From NCBI GenBank assembly GCA_040880545.1, contig JBBDIE010000175.1, positions 6,569 to 70,568 of the forward strand: a stretch of 64,000 nt of DNA, read 5' to 3'. This document shows, one piece after another, positions 37,370-48,370 of the stretch; the stretch's first letter is position 1; each line of letters begins with the position of its first letter. The stretch is from Bacteroidales bacterium (GTDB taxonomy: Bacteria > Bacteroidota > Bacteroidia > Bacteroidales > GCA-2748055). Both the position numbers and the translations under genes were made by a program. Below the pieces are notes generated by a model. That model saw only the letters and a list, made by a program, of their open reading frames with translations, had not been told where the DNA came from and made no database searches.

Positions 37370-39190
37370 TTAAAGTTTTTCTATATATGTATAATAAGAG
37401 GGATAAATTCTGTTTTTATCATCCGTCAAAAAGACTTCCATGTCATATTTTCCTTCTGGAATGGTTATCTCAAAAACTACCTCAGTATCATTGTTTTTGA
37501 TGGATTTAGTTTCTTTTATGTCTGCTAGGTAAATTGAAGCATTAATAAAATTTACATATTTACTGGCGGGCATGGGATTATTCACTTCCACTGTATTTAC
37601 CCTGGCTTGTACATCCTCATTAATAGATAATCCGCTTGATCTTGGATAGCGACACAGACTTATTTTGTAGCGCCCACCCTTAGAGAATTCAACTTTTAGT
37701 ATTCCATTGCCCTGATCGGCTTCCAAAGCGCCATACTGGTGCCAGGCTCGTCCAAGGAAACCGGTATGCATATCGTGTGCACTGATCCTAACCGGATTTT
37801 CATAACTCGTACCAACTTCGATATATGCATGTTTCTCGCCGACTCCTTCATTCATGATAGATTCCCACCATTTATTATATGCTTGAGATAATCTGTTAAC
37901 AATCTCGGGATGCAGGTAAGCAATATTATTTGATTGTTTTCTGTCTTGTTCTATATTATATAATTCTTCACCGTTAATTAACCTCCAGGTTTCATCCATT
38001 ACGGAATAGTTTCTGAATTTCACCAGATTTTGTACCCGCTGGTTGTCCACAACCAATATCCGTTCTTCCCATTTATCATATCCTTCTATGAATAATGGAG
38101 CAAGACTTCTGCCATCGATAGGTTTCTTTTCTTCAAATTTCAATTCACATAATTCCACCAGTGTAGGAAGAATATCAATATGGGCAGTCAATTTATCGAT
38201 ATCTTTTCCTCCCAGAACATTTCCTGCGGGCCATCGTATGAAAAACGGGACCCGATGGCCTCCATCGTATATACTTGCTTTCTTGCCGCGTAATCCTCCA
38301 TCATGACCAAACATTTTACCATCTTTATTCTCAACACCAAAGGCTGTTCCATTATCGGTCATAAATATTAAAATGGTATTTTCTCTGATATCCAGCTGTT
38401 CCAGTTTATTTTCCAATCGTTGAAAATTATCATCGATGTTGGTAATCATGCCATAGAACCGTTTTTGGTTTTCCAGTATTGTCTCATCATTTTTATAAAG
38501 ATTGTAATATTCCAGGGGCACATGTAAAGGAGCGTGTGGTGCATTGGTGGATATGTAACAAAAGAATGGTTGGTCTTTATTTTTTTCAATGAATTTTAAT
38601 GCTTCATTAAAAAAGACATCTGTACAATAACCTTCAAATTTCCGAGGTGTGCCATTGTGCCAATAAGTATCATCAAAATAGTCATTCCCCCAATAATCCG
38701 GCCCTTGTGTAATCCCTCCTCCACCATGCCGGACTACTTCCTGAAATCCACGGTCCTCTGGTCTGAACGGATAATTATCACCCAGGTGCCATTTCCCAAA
38801 CATACCTGTTATGTAATCGTTTTCAGAAAAAATCTCGGCAATGATTTTCTCATCTCTGAATAGCTGGGACCTACCGGCAATAGTATGATGTGTGTTTGTT
38901 CGATTGGTATATCTGCCTGTCATCAAAGCTCCACGAGTGGGGGCACATGTAGGACTGACATGATAATTGGTAAATCTTACTGAATTCTCATAAAACATGT
39001 CCAGATTTGGTGTTTGAATAATATGATTTCCATGTACCCCCAAATCGCCATATCCCTGATCATCAGTGATAACGAATATTACATTTGGTTGTGGAGTCAC
39101 TACCTCTTTTGATCCTTGATTGCCGCAACTGACCAAGGGGATTAATGCGATTAAAGTGAAATTGATTAATATTGTATATCTCATTATCAT
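37370..39190 (-). CDS. Sulfatase, S1 family (Cys-type) with an extra C-terminal beta-sandwich-like domain
   Basis: Lipobox (IPLVSC). NVIFVITDDQGYGD. PTCAPTRGALMTGR. 606 aa. Confidence 0.9.
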   Translation of the reverse strand: MIMRYTILINFTLIALIPLVSCGNQGSKEVVTPQPNVIFVITDDQGYGDLGVHGNHIIQTPNLDMFYENSVRFTNYHVSPTCAPTRGALMTGRYTNRTNTHHTIAGRSQLFRDEKIIAEIFSENDYITGMFGKWHLGDNYPFRPEDRGFQEVVRHGGGGITQGPDYWGNDYFDDTYWHNGTPRKFEGYCTDVFFNEALKFIEKNKDQPFFCYISTNAPHAPLHVPLEYYNLYKNDETILENQKRFYGMITNIDDNFQRLENKLEQLDIRENTILIFMTDNGTAFGVENKDGKMFGHDGGLRGKKASIYDGGHRVPFFIRWPAGNVLGGKDIDKLTAHIDILPTLVELCELKFEEKKPIDGRSLAPLFIEGYDKWEERILVVDNQRVQNLVKFRNYSVMDETWRLINGEELYNIEQDRKQSNNIAYLHPEIVNRLSQAYNKWWESIMNEGVGEKHAYIEVGTSYENPVRISAHDMHTGFLGRAWHQYGALEADQGNGILKVEFSKGGRYKISLCRYPRSSGLSINEDVQARVNTVEVNNPMPASKYVNFINASIYLADIKETKSIKNNDTEVVFEITIPEGKYDMEVFLTDDKNRIYPSYYTYIEKL

Positions 39191-39261
39191 CTTGTTAAGT
39201 GTTAATTTTTATCAAAACAGATTTTCCCTTTTCATTAAATCAAGTTACTTCTTTGCGAATT

Positions 39262-40818
39262 TTAATATTTCACATATTCAGCTTCAAAATTATTAAGCTT
39301 ACCCCTCATCTCCACTACAACATCTTCATAATCCGGATGATTTATAAGATTATTGAATTCCAGGCTGTCTTCATCTATTTTAAATAACTCTTCAATTACC
39401 GGATGACATTCCTGGTACCGGATATATTTATACTTTTTAGTTCGCACGAATTTTGATCTGATTGATTGATATTCTTCCGGATTATTTACTTCTGATATCA
39501 CCGGATCAAGATTATTGTAGTTATTTTCGCCGTATACTGCATCATGTATTTCATCTGTTTTGTCATACACAATAGGCAAAAAACTTTTCCCCGGTAAATT
39601 GCCAGGTTTTTCAATACCGGCAAGGTCGAGAATTGTGGGAGCAATATCTATTACTGATATCAGTCCATTTTCTATACGCCCGTTGCTGTTTTTCATATAC
39701 CTTGGGTCATAGACAATCATAGGTGTTTTGGCTGATTCATCATATAGTAGGGCTTTTCCCATTAATTGCCTGGAACCACAGAAATAACCATTATCTGATG
39801 TGAAAATTATGATGGTATTGTCGGCTATTCCCAGTTCGTTAAGTTTTTGTCTTATCTGTCCTATAACAACATCCACTCCTGTGACAAGTGCGTAATAATT
39901 TTTAATAAAGGCCTGGTAAGTACTATAATCATGGATATGCCTTTCAGGAGGGTTTTTTGTGCCAAAATACCAATGGGCATTTCTGCTTTTTTTCTGCACG
40001 ACATCCGGTAAATTATTGAAATACAGAGGGGCATCATTGCTCATTCGTGGTATATCATTTTTGTACAGATTCTTTAAATGTTCCTCCGGATCGAATGGTG
40101 CATGTGGGGCCTTAAAACTTACAGAGAGACAGAACGGTTTGTCTTCTTTGCTGGCTTTTTGAATAAAATCGTTGGACTGGTAGCCCATGAATTCATTTAA
40201 ATGGGTAGCATTCCATCTGTTTTCATATCCATTAAACGAACCGTCATCGTCGGCCCGGTAATTACCTTGTGCTGTAAAACCGTACCAAATGTCAAAGTGG
40301 TGCTTAGGCATGAATTCCTCCTTATACCATTCCCTGTAATTTTCATTTTTTTCTGACCCCTGAGATACTGCGAAACCAAATTTCCCGATAAATCCGTTAA
40401 AATACCCTGCTTCCTTAAGTAATACCGGGTAAGAAGTTGAAAATTCCTCATCAGTAATTACAAGGTTCGTGGGCCGATCGAAGCCCGAACCATGCATTCC
40501 CAGATACTTCCCGGTCATAATGGATGTGCGGCTAGGCAAACATATTGGTGAAACATGATAGGCGTTATTAAATGAAACAGACTGGCTCGCTAACCGATCA
40601 ATGTGAGGTGTGATAACATGCTCATTTCCCATGAATCCGAGTGCGTCCCACCGTAAATCATCTGTTAATAAAAATATAATGTTGGGTTTGTCATTGTCTG
40701 ACTGTGAAATGTCATTTGAGTTCTTTGCCGGATGATTACCAGTACAAGCTCCTAATAATACGAGTGATGATAAAGATATTATAGACTTTTTCATGTTGTT
40801 GAATTTTTTTTTGGACAA
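39262..40818 (-). CDS. Sulfatase, S1 family (Cys-type)
   Basis: Lipobox (LLGAC). NIIFLLTDDLRWD. PICLPSRTSIMTGK. Confidence 0.9.
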   Translation of the reverse strand: MSKKKFNNMKKSIISLSSLVLLGACTGNHPAKNSNDISQSDNDKPNIIFLLTDDLRWDALGFMGNEHVITPHIDRLASQSVSFNNAYHVSPICLPSRTSIMTGKYLGMHGSGFDRPTNLVITDEEFSTSYPVLLKEAGYFNGFIGKFGFAVSQGSEKNENYREWYKEEFMPKHHFDIWYGFTAQGNYRADDDGSFNGYENRWNATHLNEFMGYQSNDFIQKASKEDKPFCLSVSFKAPHAPFDPEEHLKNLYKNDIPRMSNDAPLYFNNLPDVVQKKSRNAHWYFGTKNPPERHIHDYSTYQAFIKNYYALVTGVDVVIGQIRQKLNELGIADNTIIIFTSDNGYFCGSRQLMGKALLYDESAKTPMIVYDPRYMKNSNGRIENGLISVIDIAPTILDLAGIEKPGNLPGKSFLPIVYDKTDEIHDAVYGENNYNNLDPVISEVNNPEEYQSIRSKFVRTKKYKYIRYQECHPVIEELFKIDEDSLEFNNLINHPDYEDVVVEMRGKLNNFEAEYVKY

Positions 40819-40857
40819 TTCTTAAATTTAATTTTGATCATAATTTATTTCTGTACA

Positions 40858-42483
40858 TTATTCTGACCAGTTAGCTTTAATTATTTTTTGTATTTGCGGA
40901 TAATTATCGTCTCCCTCATTTAATTTTTCACGAAGTGACTGTAACTCAACTTTAAGTGAATCAATAACCTTTTTACAGGCAGGGTCATCATAGCGATTAT
41001 TGGTCTCAAACGGATCATTTTTTAGATCGTAAAATTCCCAGGCTGCAGGTGTTTGAAAATTAGACATAGAGGCTGGATTATTTGCCCATTCCTGAGCTTC
41101 TCCCGACCTGTTTTTGTAATCTACTCCGTAAAAAAATATCAACTTGTAGTCCTTTGTCCTTATTCCAAAATGAGCCGGGTTGTTGTGGTTATGAGCCATA
41201 TGCATCCAGTAGCGATAATAGGTGGCTTGTTGCCATTTATCTGGTTCCGAGCCTGTTTCCAATATTTCTTTAAAACTGTTTCCCTGCATATAAGCAGGAA
41301 CCTTTCCACCGGCAAGTTCAATCATAGTCGGAGCAAAATCAGTATTATTGACAATGGCATCTGTTCTTGTACCCACTTTTATCATTTTTGGATAATGAAT
41401 AAGTAAGGGCATTTTCATGGATTCTTCATACATCCATCTCTTATCTATATAATCATGCTCGCCCAGCATAAAACCCTGGTCCCCGGTATATATGATTACC
41501 GTGTTTTCCATCAGGTCATTCTCTCGTATATAATCTAAGATTCGTTTTAGATTATCGTCTACTCCCTTTACGCAACGTAAATATCTTTTTAGATATTCCT
41601 GATATGCAAGGTGCTTATATTCCGGATCCGGAATTGCAGGATCTATCCCCATGTGCATTCCCATATTGCGGATAACATTTCTGTGTCCGACGGAGGAGCC
41701 GATCGTATCAAGTAGCGAATTATTTATACCCCGGGTGGCAACAGAGCCGTTTTTGGCATTATACCATAAACTGGCTGGTTCAGGAATTTCTGTATTTTCA
41801 AGATAATCTTTATACCGGGGAGCAAATTCAAAGAAATCATGTGGTGCTTTGAAGTGACATTTCAAAAAGAAAGGCTTCGACTTGTCTCTCCCATTTTTTA
41901 ACCAATTGAGTGCAATATCAGTGATCACATCTGTGGAGTGCCCTTTGTACCGGCTTGCATTAACCTCTCTTACTATATCCTTCCCAAACCTGATTTCCAT
42001 CTTTTCGGCTCCGTCCCTGCTGTACAAAACAGGATCAAAATAATCGCCCTGCCCAGGAAGTACATTATAATAATCGAATGCTTCGGGTGCCTGTTTCAAA
42101 TGCCACTTTCCAATCATTGCCGTATGATATCCCAGCTTTTTCATTTCATGGGCAAGATATTGTTTCTCAGGGGGCAGATTCCCGTCAAGATCAAGAACGC
42201 CATTTGTCTGGCTGTACTGTCCGGTCATAATTGAAGTCCGGCTTGGAGTACAAATTGCATTTGTGCAGAAGGCATGATCGAAAATAATGCCCCTCCTGGC
42301 GAGAGAATCCAATACAGGGGTTGGATTTAAACAGGCTAAACGACTTCCATAAATTCCAAATGCTTGTGTAGTATGATCATCCGACATTATATAGATAATG
42401 TTTGGCCTCACAATCTCCTTTTGACAAGATGTAAACAAGCCAGATATTAAAACTAGTCCGATGCTTTTAAAAACTTGTTTCAT
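40858..42483 (-). CDS. Sulfatase, S1 family (Cys-type)
   Basis: Lipobox (LFTSC). NIIYIMSDDH. AICTPSRTSIMTGQ. Overall similar to the 27352-28935 protein. Confidence 0.9.
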   Translation of the reverse strand: MKQVFKSIGLVLISGLFTSCQKEIVRPNIIYIMSDDHTTQAFGIYGSRLACLNPTPVLDSLARRGIIFDHAFCTNAICTPSRTSIMTGQYSQTNGVLDLDGNLPPEKQYLAHEMKKLGYHTAMIGKWHLKQAPEAFDYYNVLPGQGDYFDPVLYSRDGAEKMEIRFGKDIVREVNASRYKGHSTDVITDIALNWLKNGRDKSKPFFLKCHFKAPHDFFEFAPRYKDYLENTEIPEPASLWYNAKNGSVATRGINNSLLDTIGSSVGHRNVIRNMGMHMGIDPAIPDPEYKHLAYQEYLKRYLRCVKGVDDNLKRILDYIRENDLMENTVIIYTGDQGFMLGEHDYIDKRWMYEESMKMPLLIHYPKMIKVGTRTDAIVNNTDFAPTMIELAGGKVPAYMQGNSFKEILETGSEPDKWQQATYYRYWMHMAHNHNNPAHFGIRTKDYKLIFFYGVDYKNRSGEAQEWANNPASMSNFQTPAAWEFYDLKNDPFETNNRYDDPACKKVIDSLKVELQSLREKLNEGDDNYPQIQKIIKANWSE

Positions 42484-42659
42484 ACTAATCCTTTAAATAT
42501 TTCAGATCCGGCCGATATACCATTACAGCCAAAGTATTAATGGAGTAATGAAGGTCCGGTATATCTAAGGTTCAATTGAGAACCTCATTAATGGGGTGAA
42601 TTTATTCATCACTACTCGCTTTGATTCCACTGGAATATGCCTGTTTAAGAATAATGAAT

Positions 42660-43748
42660 TCATTCCTGAAAAATGATTATCCTATCCATCCGTTCCTGCC
42701 AATCACGGAGCCATTCTTCACGCCAGCTACTAGTAATTTTAGCACCCCACCACTCTGCATTCCAATGTCTTGGGGATTTAAATTCATAGAGCATGAATTC
42801 AGGATCCATTATATCCACATACCAGTTTTTATAAGTTGTTCCTTTCCTTTTTATAAACTTCCCCCCCCAACCTGATAGGGTTGGATCGTCGGGGTTACCT
42901 TTTAGAAGATATAATACCGTTGGTGTGTCGCCCATTTTTATTTCCCCTCCTTTTAACAGGGAAATCCAATCGCCCATAGCTCCATGACCCTTTACATGGG
43001 TTTGCATAAATGTGAAATTATCAAGATCACCCTGTTGATTTCCTCCCAATCTGACTCCTTGAAAACTATACATATTCTGGACAATCCATAAGTCTTTATG
43101 ATGAGTTTCGATATATTTTATTGAGTGCGGATCACGGAGTTCATTCGCACCTGCCAGGTAAATAACCCTGATATTTTCTTTGATCTCAGGTTTTGCACTT
43201 AACGCAAAAGCAAGATCTGTAGGTGTTCCCCAAATAAGCACATACAATGGCCTGTTCTCAGGGTCCCTTCGCATAGCACATTCAATAAGCCATTTAGCAC
43301 CTTCGGTCAGCTTTTCATCTGTATAACTCAGACCATGTATAATTTCTTCTGATGGTGCCGCTTTTGAACCCTGTTTAGCGATTGCCCTATAGTAAGCCGG
43401 TGATGGATATTTATCTGAATGTTTTACCAGTTTAGGATAATCAGCCTCATACAGGTCAACTACCTGCAAGATATTTTTTACAGTTCCAAATTTAGGGGGA
43501 GTTGCAATAATACCTTCCGTATCGAAAAGATCACCATACACAAAATAGTGTACCAGAGATTGATAATCATCGTCATCCCCACCTCCGATATCAGTTGTTA
43601 TAAATACCCTGTACCTGTCCCCGTTAAGAGCACCTGACAAAAGCTCATTGTTCGGTTTAATGATTGTTTCTTCCTGTGCAAATATTTCAACACTTCGGAC
43701 CAAAATGACAACCAGTAAAAAACAGAATATAAAAGTGCGGCTTTTCAT
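42660..43748 (-). CDS. DUF1593 (Sde_0182 nucleoside-hydrolase-like domain) protein, secreted
   Basis: Signal peptide. RVFITTDIGGGDDDDYQSLVHYFVYGDLFDTEGIIATPP matches the DUF1593 N-terminal signature as I recall it. Confidence 0.6.
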   Translation of the reverse strand: MKSRTFIFCFLLVVILVRSVEIFAQEETIIKPNNELLSGALNGDRYRVFITTDIGGGDDDDYQSLVHYFVYGDLFDTEGIIATPPKFGTVKNILQVVDLYEADYPKLVKHSDKYPSPAYYRAIAKQGSKAAPSEEIIHGLSYTDEKLTEGAKWLIECAMRRDPENRPLYVLIWGTPTDLAFALSAKPEIKENIRVIYLAGANELRDPHSIKYIETHHKDLWIVQNMYSFQGVRLGGNQQGDLDNFTFMQTHVKGHGAMGDWISLLKGGEIKMGDTPTVLYLLKGNPDDPTLSGWGGKFIKRKGTTYKNWYVDIMDPEFMLYEFKSPRHWNAEWWGAKITSSWREEWLRDWQERMDRIIIFQE

Positions 43749-43773
43749 AATCGTAGATTTTCAAACCATAGTT

Positions 43774-45348
43774 TTAATGATACATCCACTCAATCTGGGG
43801 CCAGTTTTCCATTCCTTCATTAGATAAGGGTCTGCCCGGGGTACTTCTACCAAATTCTATGTAACTGACAAGTAAAGCTTTCAGGTTTTCTGCTATCGCC
43901 GGATTCTCAGCAAACACATTATTATCTTCTCCCGGATCATCTTTCATGTTATATAATTGGAATGCTGATATGTCCTTAAAATTTTTATCACCATAACCTC
44001 CTGAACCCGGCCACACTATTAATTTCCATTTTCCCTGCCGTATTGCGAACCTTCCATTAGATGAATGCTGGACCATTGCTTCGCGAAGCTGGCCATTAGA
44101 TTTTTCACCAGTTAGAACTGGTAAATAACTATAACTGTCTCCCGCAGCACTATCAGGTAATTCATAATTCAGGATATCTGCCAATGTAGCCATTAAGTCG
44201 GTGGTGCTGATGAGCTCACTGGCTGTAACACCGGATTTAATTTTTGCAGGCCAGCTAACTATGAAAGGAACCCTGTGACCCCCCTCAAAAATATCCGCTT
44301 TTTTCCCTCTGAATATATAACTTGGGTGGTGCCCAACTTTTTCAAGTTCATCAAAATTTGCCTTGGGAGAACAACCATTATCTGAATTAAAAATGACGAT
44401 TGTATTTTCTTTAATTCCATTTTCTTCAATGGCGGCTATAATTTGCCCGACAACATGATCGACCTGTGAAACAAAATCGCCGTAAAAATTCGTATTGCTT
44501 TTTCCTAAAAATTCAGAAGTTGGAAGAATTGGGGTATGGGGTGCAGGCATAGCAAAATATAAAAAAAATGGAGATTTTGAATTTGCCCATTCATTAATAT
44601 ATTGAATAGATTTTCGGGTTAAATGGGGCAATACATCTGCATGGCTAAAGTCTGAACCGGTTAAACCTTTTCTCCAGTAACCTTTTTCATCCACAGAGAC
44701 TGTTGTATCAGTCGGCACAGTGGTTGCCTTACCATTTTCAACGTAAACATAGGGAGGCATATCAAGTGAGCCTGAAATAGCGTATGAATAACTGAAACCT
44801 CTGTCAAGCGGACCATTTTTTACCGGTTTGCTAAAATTAACTTCAGGATCTATACCGGGTCCCAATGGAGTGGATTGCCAACCCTCAGGTCCTGTTACTA
44901 CCCAATCCCATCCAAGGTGCCACTTTCCAACAAAACCAGTGTGATAATTATTTTCCTGCATCAATTTACCAACTGTCAGTCTTTCTGGTTCAATCATTGC
45001 TTTTGAATAGCCTGATAAAACACCTTTTTTTAATGTTGATCTCCAGCTGTACCTGCCGGTTACAATTCCATACCGTGTTGGGGTACAAACAGACGAACTA
45101 GTGTGAGCATCTGTAAACCGGATACCTTCCGAAGCAAGTTTATCAATATAAGGTGTACTGATTTTCGAATTTTCATTATAGCATGTAACATCACCATAGC
45201 CCATATCATCGGCCAGTATGTAGATTACATTTGGCTTGTCAGACTGAACTTTCTCATCTGTATTATTGCATCCAGATCCGGCAGTTAACGCAATTGTAGA
45301 TGCTATGAGTATGTAATACCTGTTCATATCACGATTTTTAATTCTCAA
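43774..45348 (-). CDS. Sulfatase, S1 family (Cys-type)
   Basis: Lipobox (TAGSGC). NVIYILADDMGYGD. SVCTPTRYGIVTGR. Confidence 0.9.
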   Translation of the reverse strand: MRIKNRDMNRYYILIASTIALTAGSGCNNTDEKVQSDKPNVIYILADDMGYGDVTCYNENSKISTPYIDKLASEGIRFTDAHTSSSVCTPTRYGIVTGRYSWRSTLKKGVLSGYSKAMIEPERLTVGKLMQENNYHTGFVGKWHLGWDWVVTGPEGWQSTPLGPGIDPEVNFSKPVKNGPLDRGFSYSYAISGSLDMPPYVYVENGKATTVPTDTTVSVDEKGYWRKGLTGSDFSHADVLPHLTRKSIQYINEWANSKSPFFLYFAMPAPHTPILPTSEFLGKSNTNFYGDFVSQVDHVVGQIIAAIEENGIKENTIVIFNSDNGCSPKANFDELEKVGHHPSYIFRGKKADIFEGGHRVPFIVSWPAKIKSGVTASELISTTDLMATLADILNYELPDSAAGDSYSYLPVLTGEKSNGQLREAMVQHSSNGRFAIRQGKWKLIVWPGSGGYGDKNFKDISAFQLYNMKDDPGEDNNVFAENPAIAENLKALLVSYIEFGRSTPGRPLSNEGMENWPQIEWMYH

Positions 45349-45353
45349 CTGAA

Positions 45354-46700
45354 TCAGAGTTTCTGATATTTTTGATTATACTTTCTCAAATCTTCTTCTG
45401 TATATCTGCCCTTAACACGCTCAGGGATGTCAGTATGTTGATTGATATTTTTAATTGCATTTGATTCAACGAGCCTGTTAACTCCCGCTTTATTCTTAAT
45501 CAATTCAAATTCATCATACAGATCGCCTGCAACGGTAAATGATTTGTAACTTAAAGTATTTCCACTAAAGGAAATTCGTTGGTATAACTGGGTATTGGAT
45601 GCAACCCGATCACTCCAGAAATTGGTTCCAAGTCCGTACATTTTTGGACCGGCAACAGTTACGATATACATAGGTTTGTTATCAGAACTTGCATCAACAT
45701 GCTCAAGGTTCTGACCACGGCAATATGTATGGTCATGACCCTGGAGGACTAAATCCACACCGTGCTTTTCTAAAACAGGTTTTACTGCATTTTGATATTC
45801 TGCATTATCTCTGCCTATTGAACAACCATAGACGGGGAAATGGGTAAATACAACAGTCCAGCGATATGGATTTTCAGTAAGAGTTTTGTCCAACCATTCC
45901 AGGACCAGTTCCCTGGTCACTTCATTATACATGATTGCAGGGGAATCAAAGGTAATAAATCTGACACCCTGGTAATCTACATAATAACCATGATTGGGTA
46001 TTTTTGTGACAGGACCGTTTTCCGGTAAAGTAAAAATTTGATTCCAATGATTAGAAAAAGACCTGGAAAGATCTTCTTCTTTCCTGTACTCATGGTTGCC
46101 AGGAGTAATCAAACTTGGTTTCATCCCGAACATCCATCCTCCGGCATAAAAAAACTGTTCCCAAAGATCTGTTTTACTGGCATTAACCAGGTCGCCAACA
46201 AACAACATAAAATCAGCATCGGGGTAATGGGTAAACCCCTGACGTAAAACCCTGGAGCCAAGAGATTTTATATTGTTCTGAATATCACCAAAATAGAGAA
46301 AAGAAAATGGTTCTGGTTTGTTCGATGAAGTTTCGAATTGGAACCATTCACTCCAGTTTCTTCCATTTCCAACACGGTAAACATATTTAGTTTCAGGTTT
46401 AAGTCCATTAAAAACTACCTTATGGCCCATATAATCAGTACTTCCCGTCTCCCATAATGAAAAAGTTCCAGTCTGGCTGATTGAGTTCTCCTCAAGATAT
46501 GGCGTCGCATCAACGACTGCAATTTCACCTATACTTATTGAATCATCCAATAGGGTACGCCAGGATACTGCTGCTGAAGTGGCCGGATCTCCTGGAATAG
46601 TCATCATTATACAATCCGGAAAATCTGTATTCTGTGCTATAAGATTCTGAAGAGTAGTTGCTATAATTAATATTGATATAATTTTTCTTATATTTTTCAT
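45354..46700 (-). CDS. Purple-acid-phosphatase-like metallophosphoesterase, secreted
   Basis: Signal peptide. Fn3-like N-domain (AAVSWRT...KYVYRVG). Calcineurin-like blocks: YFGDIQ, FVGDLVN, TPGNHEY, VVFTHFPVYG, LVLQGHDHTYCRG. Confidence 0.8.
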   Translation of the reverse strand: MKNIRKIISILIIATTLQNLIAQNTDFPDCIMMTIPGDPATSAAVSWRTLLDDSISIGEIAVVDATPYLEENSISQTGTFSLWETGSTDYMGHKVVFNGLKPETKYVYRVGNGRNWSEWFQFETSSNKPEPFSFLYFGDIQNNIKSLGSRVLRQGFTHYPDADFMLFVGDLVNASKTDLWEQFFYAGGWMFGMKPSLITPGNHEYRKEEDLSRSFSNHWNQIFTLPENGPVTKIPNHGYYVDYQGVRFITFDSPAIMYNEVTRELVLEWLDKTLTENPYRWTVVFTHFPVYGCSIGRDNAEYQNAVKPVLEKHGVDLVLQGHDHTYCRGQNLEHVDASSDNKPMYIVTVAGPKMYGLGTNFWSDRVASNTQLYQRISFSGNTLSYKSFTVAGDLYDEFELIKNKAGVNRLVESNAIKNINQHTDIPERVKGRYTEEDLRKYNQKYQKL

Positions 46701-46875
46701 GTCCAGTGTTTTCTCAAATAATTATTATTCAGGTGTTATTCAGGCTATACAGGATCGGTATATTATTGCCATATTCTAAATTTTAATCTATTCAATACAA
46801 GCATTTTATATATATTTAGTACGTTAGTCTCCAGGATGTGAGAAATTGTTCAGATATCTGATACCTTAATTTAGA

Positions 46876-48300
46876 TCAGGGCGAAGAGGTTAGAGTCGAT
46901 TTCCATTGCTGGAGTCTTTTTACCATCTTTTTTGTGCGTTTAGGATGATCCTTGGCAAGGTTATTTTGTTGTCCACGATCGTTTACGATATTATACAATG
47001 CAACCTGCCAGGGATCTTGTGACATTAAAAGGACCCAATCATCATCAAGCATGGCAAGTTGGGGCCAATTGGCTTCTTTATTATGTGGTCCCCGCCACTC
47101 CCAGAACAAGGGTTTTGACCTTTTAAATTTTTGACCTTTAAATGCTTGCAAAATACTGATGCCATCAGGTTTATATCCTGACGGCAATGGAATCCCTGCA
47201 GCAGCAGCTAATGTTGGAAGTATATCCACACCGGAAATAACGGATGAGGTATCAATCAAACCTTCAGGAGTAATACCCGGCCAGCGTACGATAAAAGGGG
47301 TATTTACCCCCCCAAGATATAGACTTCGTTTACGACCGCGAAGTCCACCGGTATCTCCTACACTGTAATATCTAACATGACTGCTTTCAGTATGCGGATC
47401 TTCCGGACCATTATCGCTTGCAAATATAACCAGGGTATTCTCCTCCAGCCCCAGTTCTGTCAGGATTTCGAGCACATTGCCGATAAGTCTGTCGGCACGC
47501 GTGATCGCTGAATAATATGTGCGCTGCGGCTCTGGAGTATCAGGGTATACAAGCTTATCGTCGTTTGTTGCCGATACAATTGTATGCGACTCATGGATAC
47601 AGAGATTTACGAAAAATGGTTTTTCTCTTGGTTCTGAAATAAAATTAATGGCATGTTCCACTGCTGCTGCAGTACGATAACTTGCTTCTATGGTACGATC
47701 ACCCTCTTTGCCTGCGAATGAACTATTTTCCCATACAGTAGTACCGGGACCCGTCCATACTGCTGCTTCATCATACCCATATGCTTCTGGACGGGGTGTT
47801 TCGGGCGTGACATTTGATCCGTGCAACGAAAGGTGCCACTTCCCAAAATGGCCCGTGGCATATCCCGCCTCTTTTAATAATCTGGGTAAAAGAGTTACAT
47901 GTGGGTCTAGCCAATTGGCAATCCCGGCAGCAACATTCTTTTCCTGGGTACTGATTGCGCTGTGGATAGAATGTCTCGCCGGATAATTCCCCGTAACAAT
48001 TGTGGTCCGGCTTGGTGAACATACAGGGTTGCCAACTGTAAACTTATGAAAGTCGATTCCACTTCTGGCAAGCTTGTCAAGATTTGGGGTTTTAATCTCA
48101 GGATGACCGTGATATGCCAGATCGCCCCAGCCCCAGTCATCAGCATATATAATCAATATGTTTGGTTTAGCCGTGCTATTATCACCAGCATAAACATGGT
48201 TGGTAACATTTGGCAGGCAGGGTAATATAATGCCAATAAAAGCTGATTTTATCAGTCTGTAATTTTTCACCTGTTTATAAATTTTATTCTTTGATGACAA
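46876..48300 (-). CDS. Sulfatase, S1 family (Cys-type)
   Basis: NILIIYADDWGWGD. PVCSPSRTTIVTGN. N-terminal hydrophobic leader. Confidence 0.9.
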   Translation of the reverse strand: MSSKNKIYKQVKNYRLIKSAFIGIILPCLPNVTNHVYAGDNSTAKPNILIIYADDWGWGDLAYHGHPEIKTPNLDKLARSGIDFHKFTVGNPVCSPSRTTIVTGNYPARHSIHSAISTQEKNVAAGIANWLDPHVTLLPRLLKEAGYATGHFGKWHLSLHGSNVTPETPRPEAYGYDEAAVWTGPGTTVWENSSFAGKEGDRTIEASYRTAAAVEHAINFISEPREKPFFVNLCIHESHTIVSATNDDKLVYPDTPEPQRTYYSAITRADRLIGNVLEILTELGLEENTLVIFASDNGPEDPHTESSHVRYYSVGDTGGLRGRKRSLYLGGVNTPFIVRWPGITPEGLIDTSSVISGVDILPTLAAAAGIPLPSGYKPDGISILQAFKGQKFKRSKPLFWEWRGPHNKEANWPQLAMLDDDWVLLMSQDPWQVALYNIVNDRGQQNNLAKDHPKRTKKMVKRLQQWKSTLTSSP

Positions 48301-48370
48301 AACATGGAACCATCATTATTATAGATCAATTTGTAAATAAAAATTATATTCCAATGTAATTCTCATTCAA

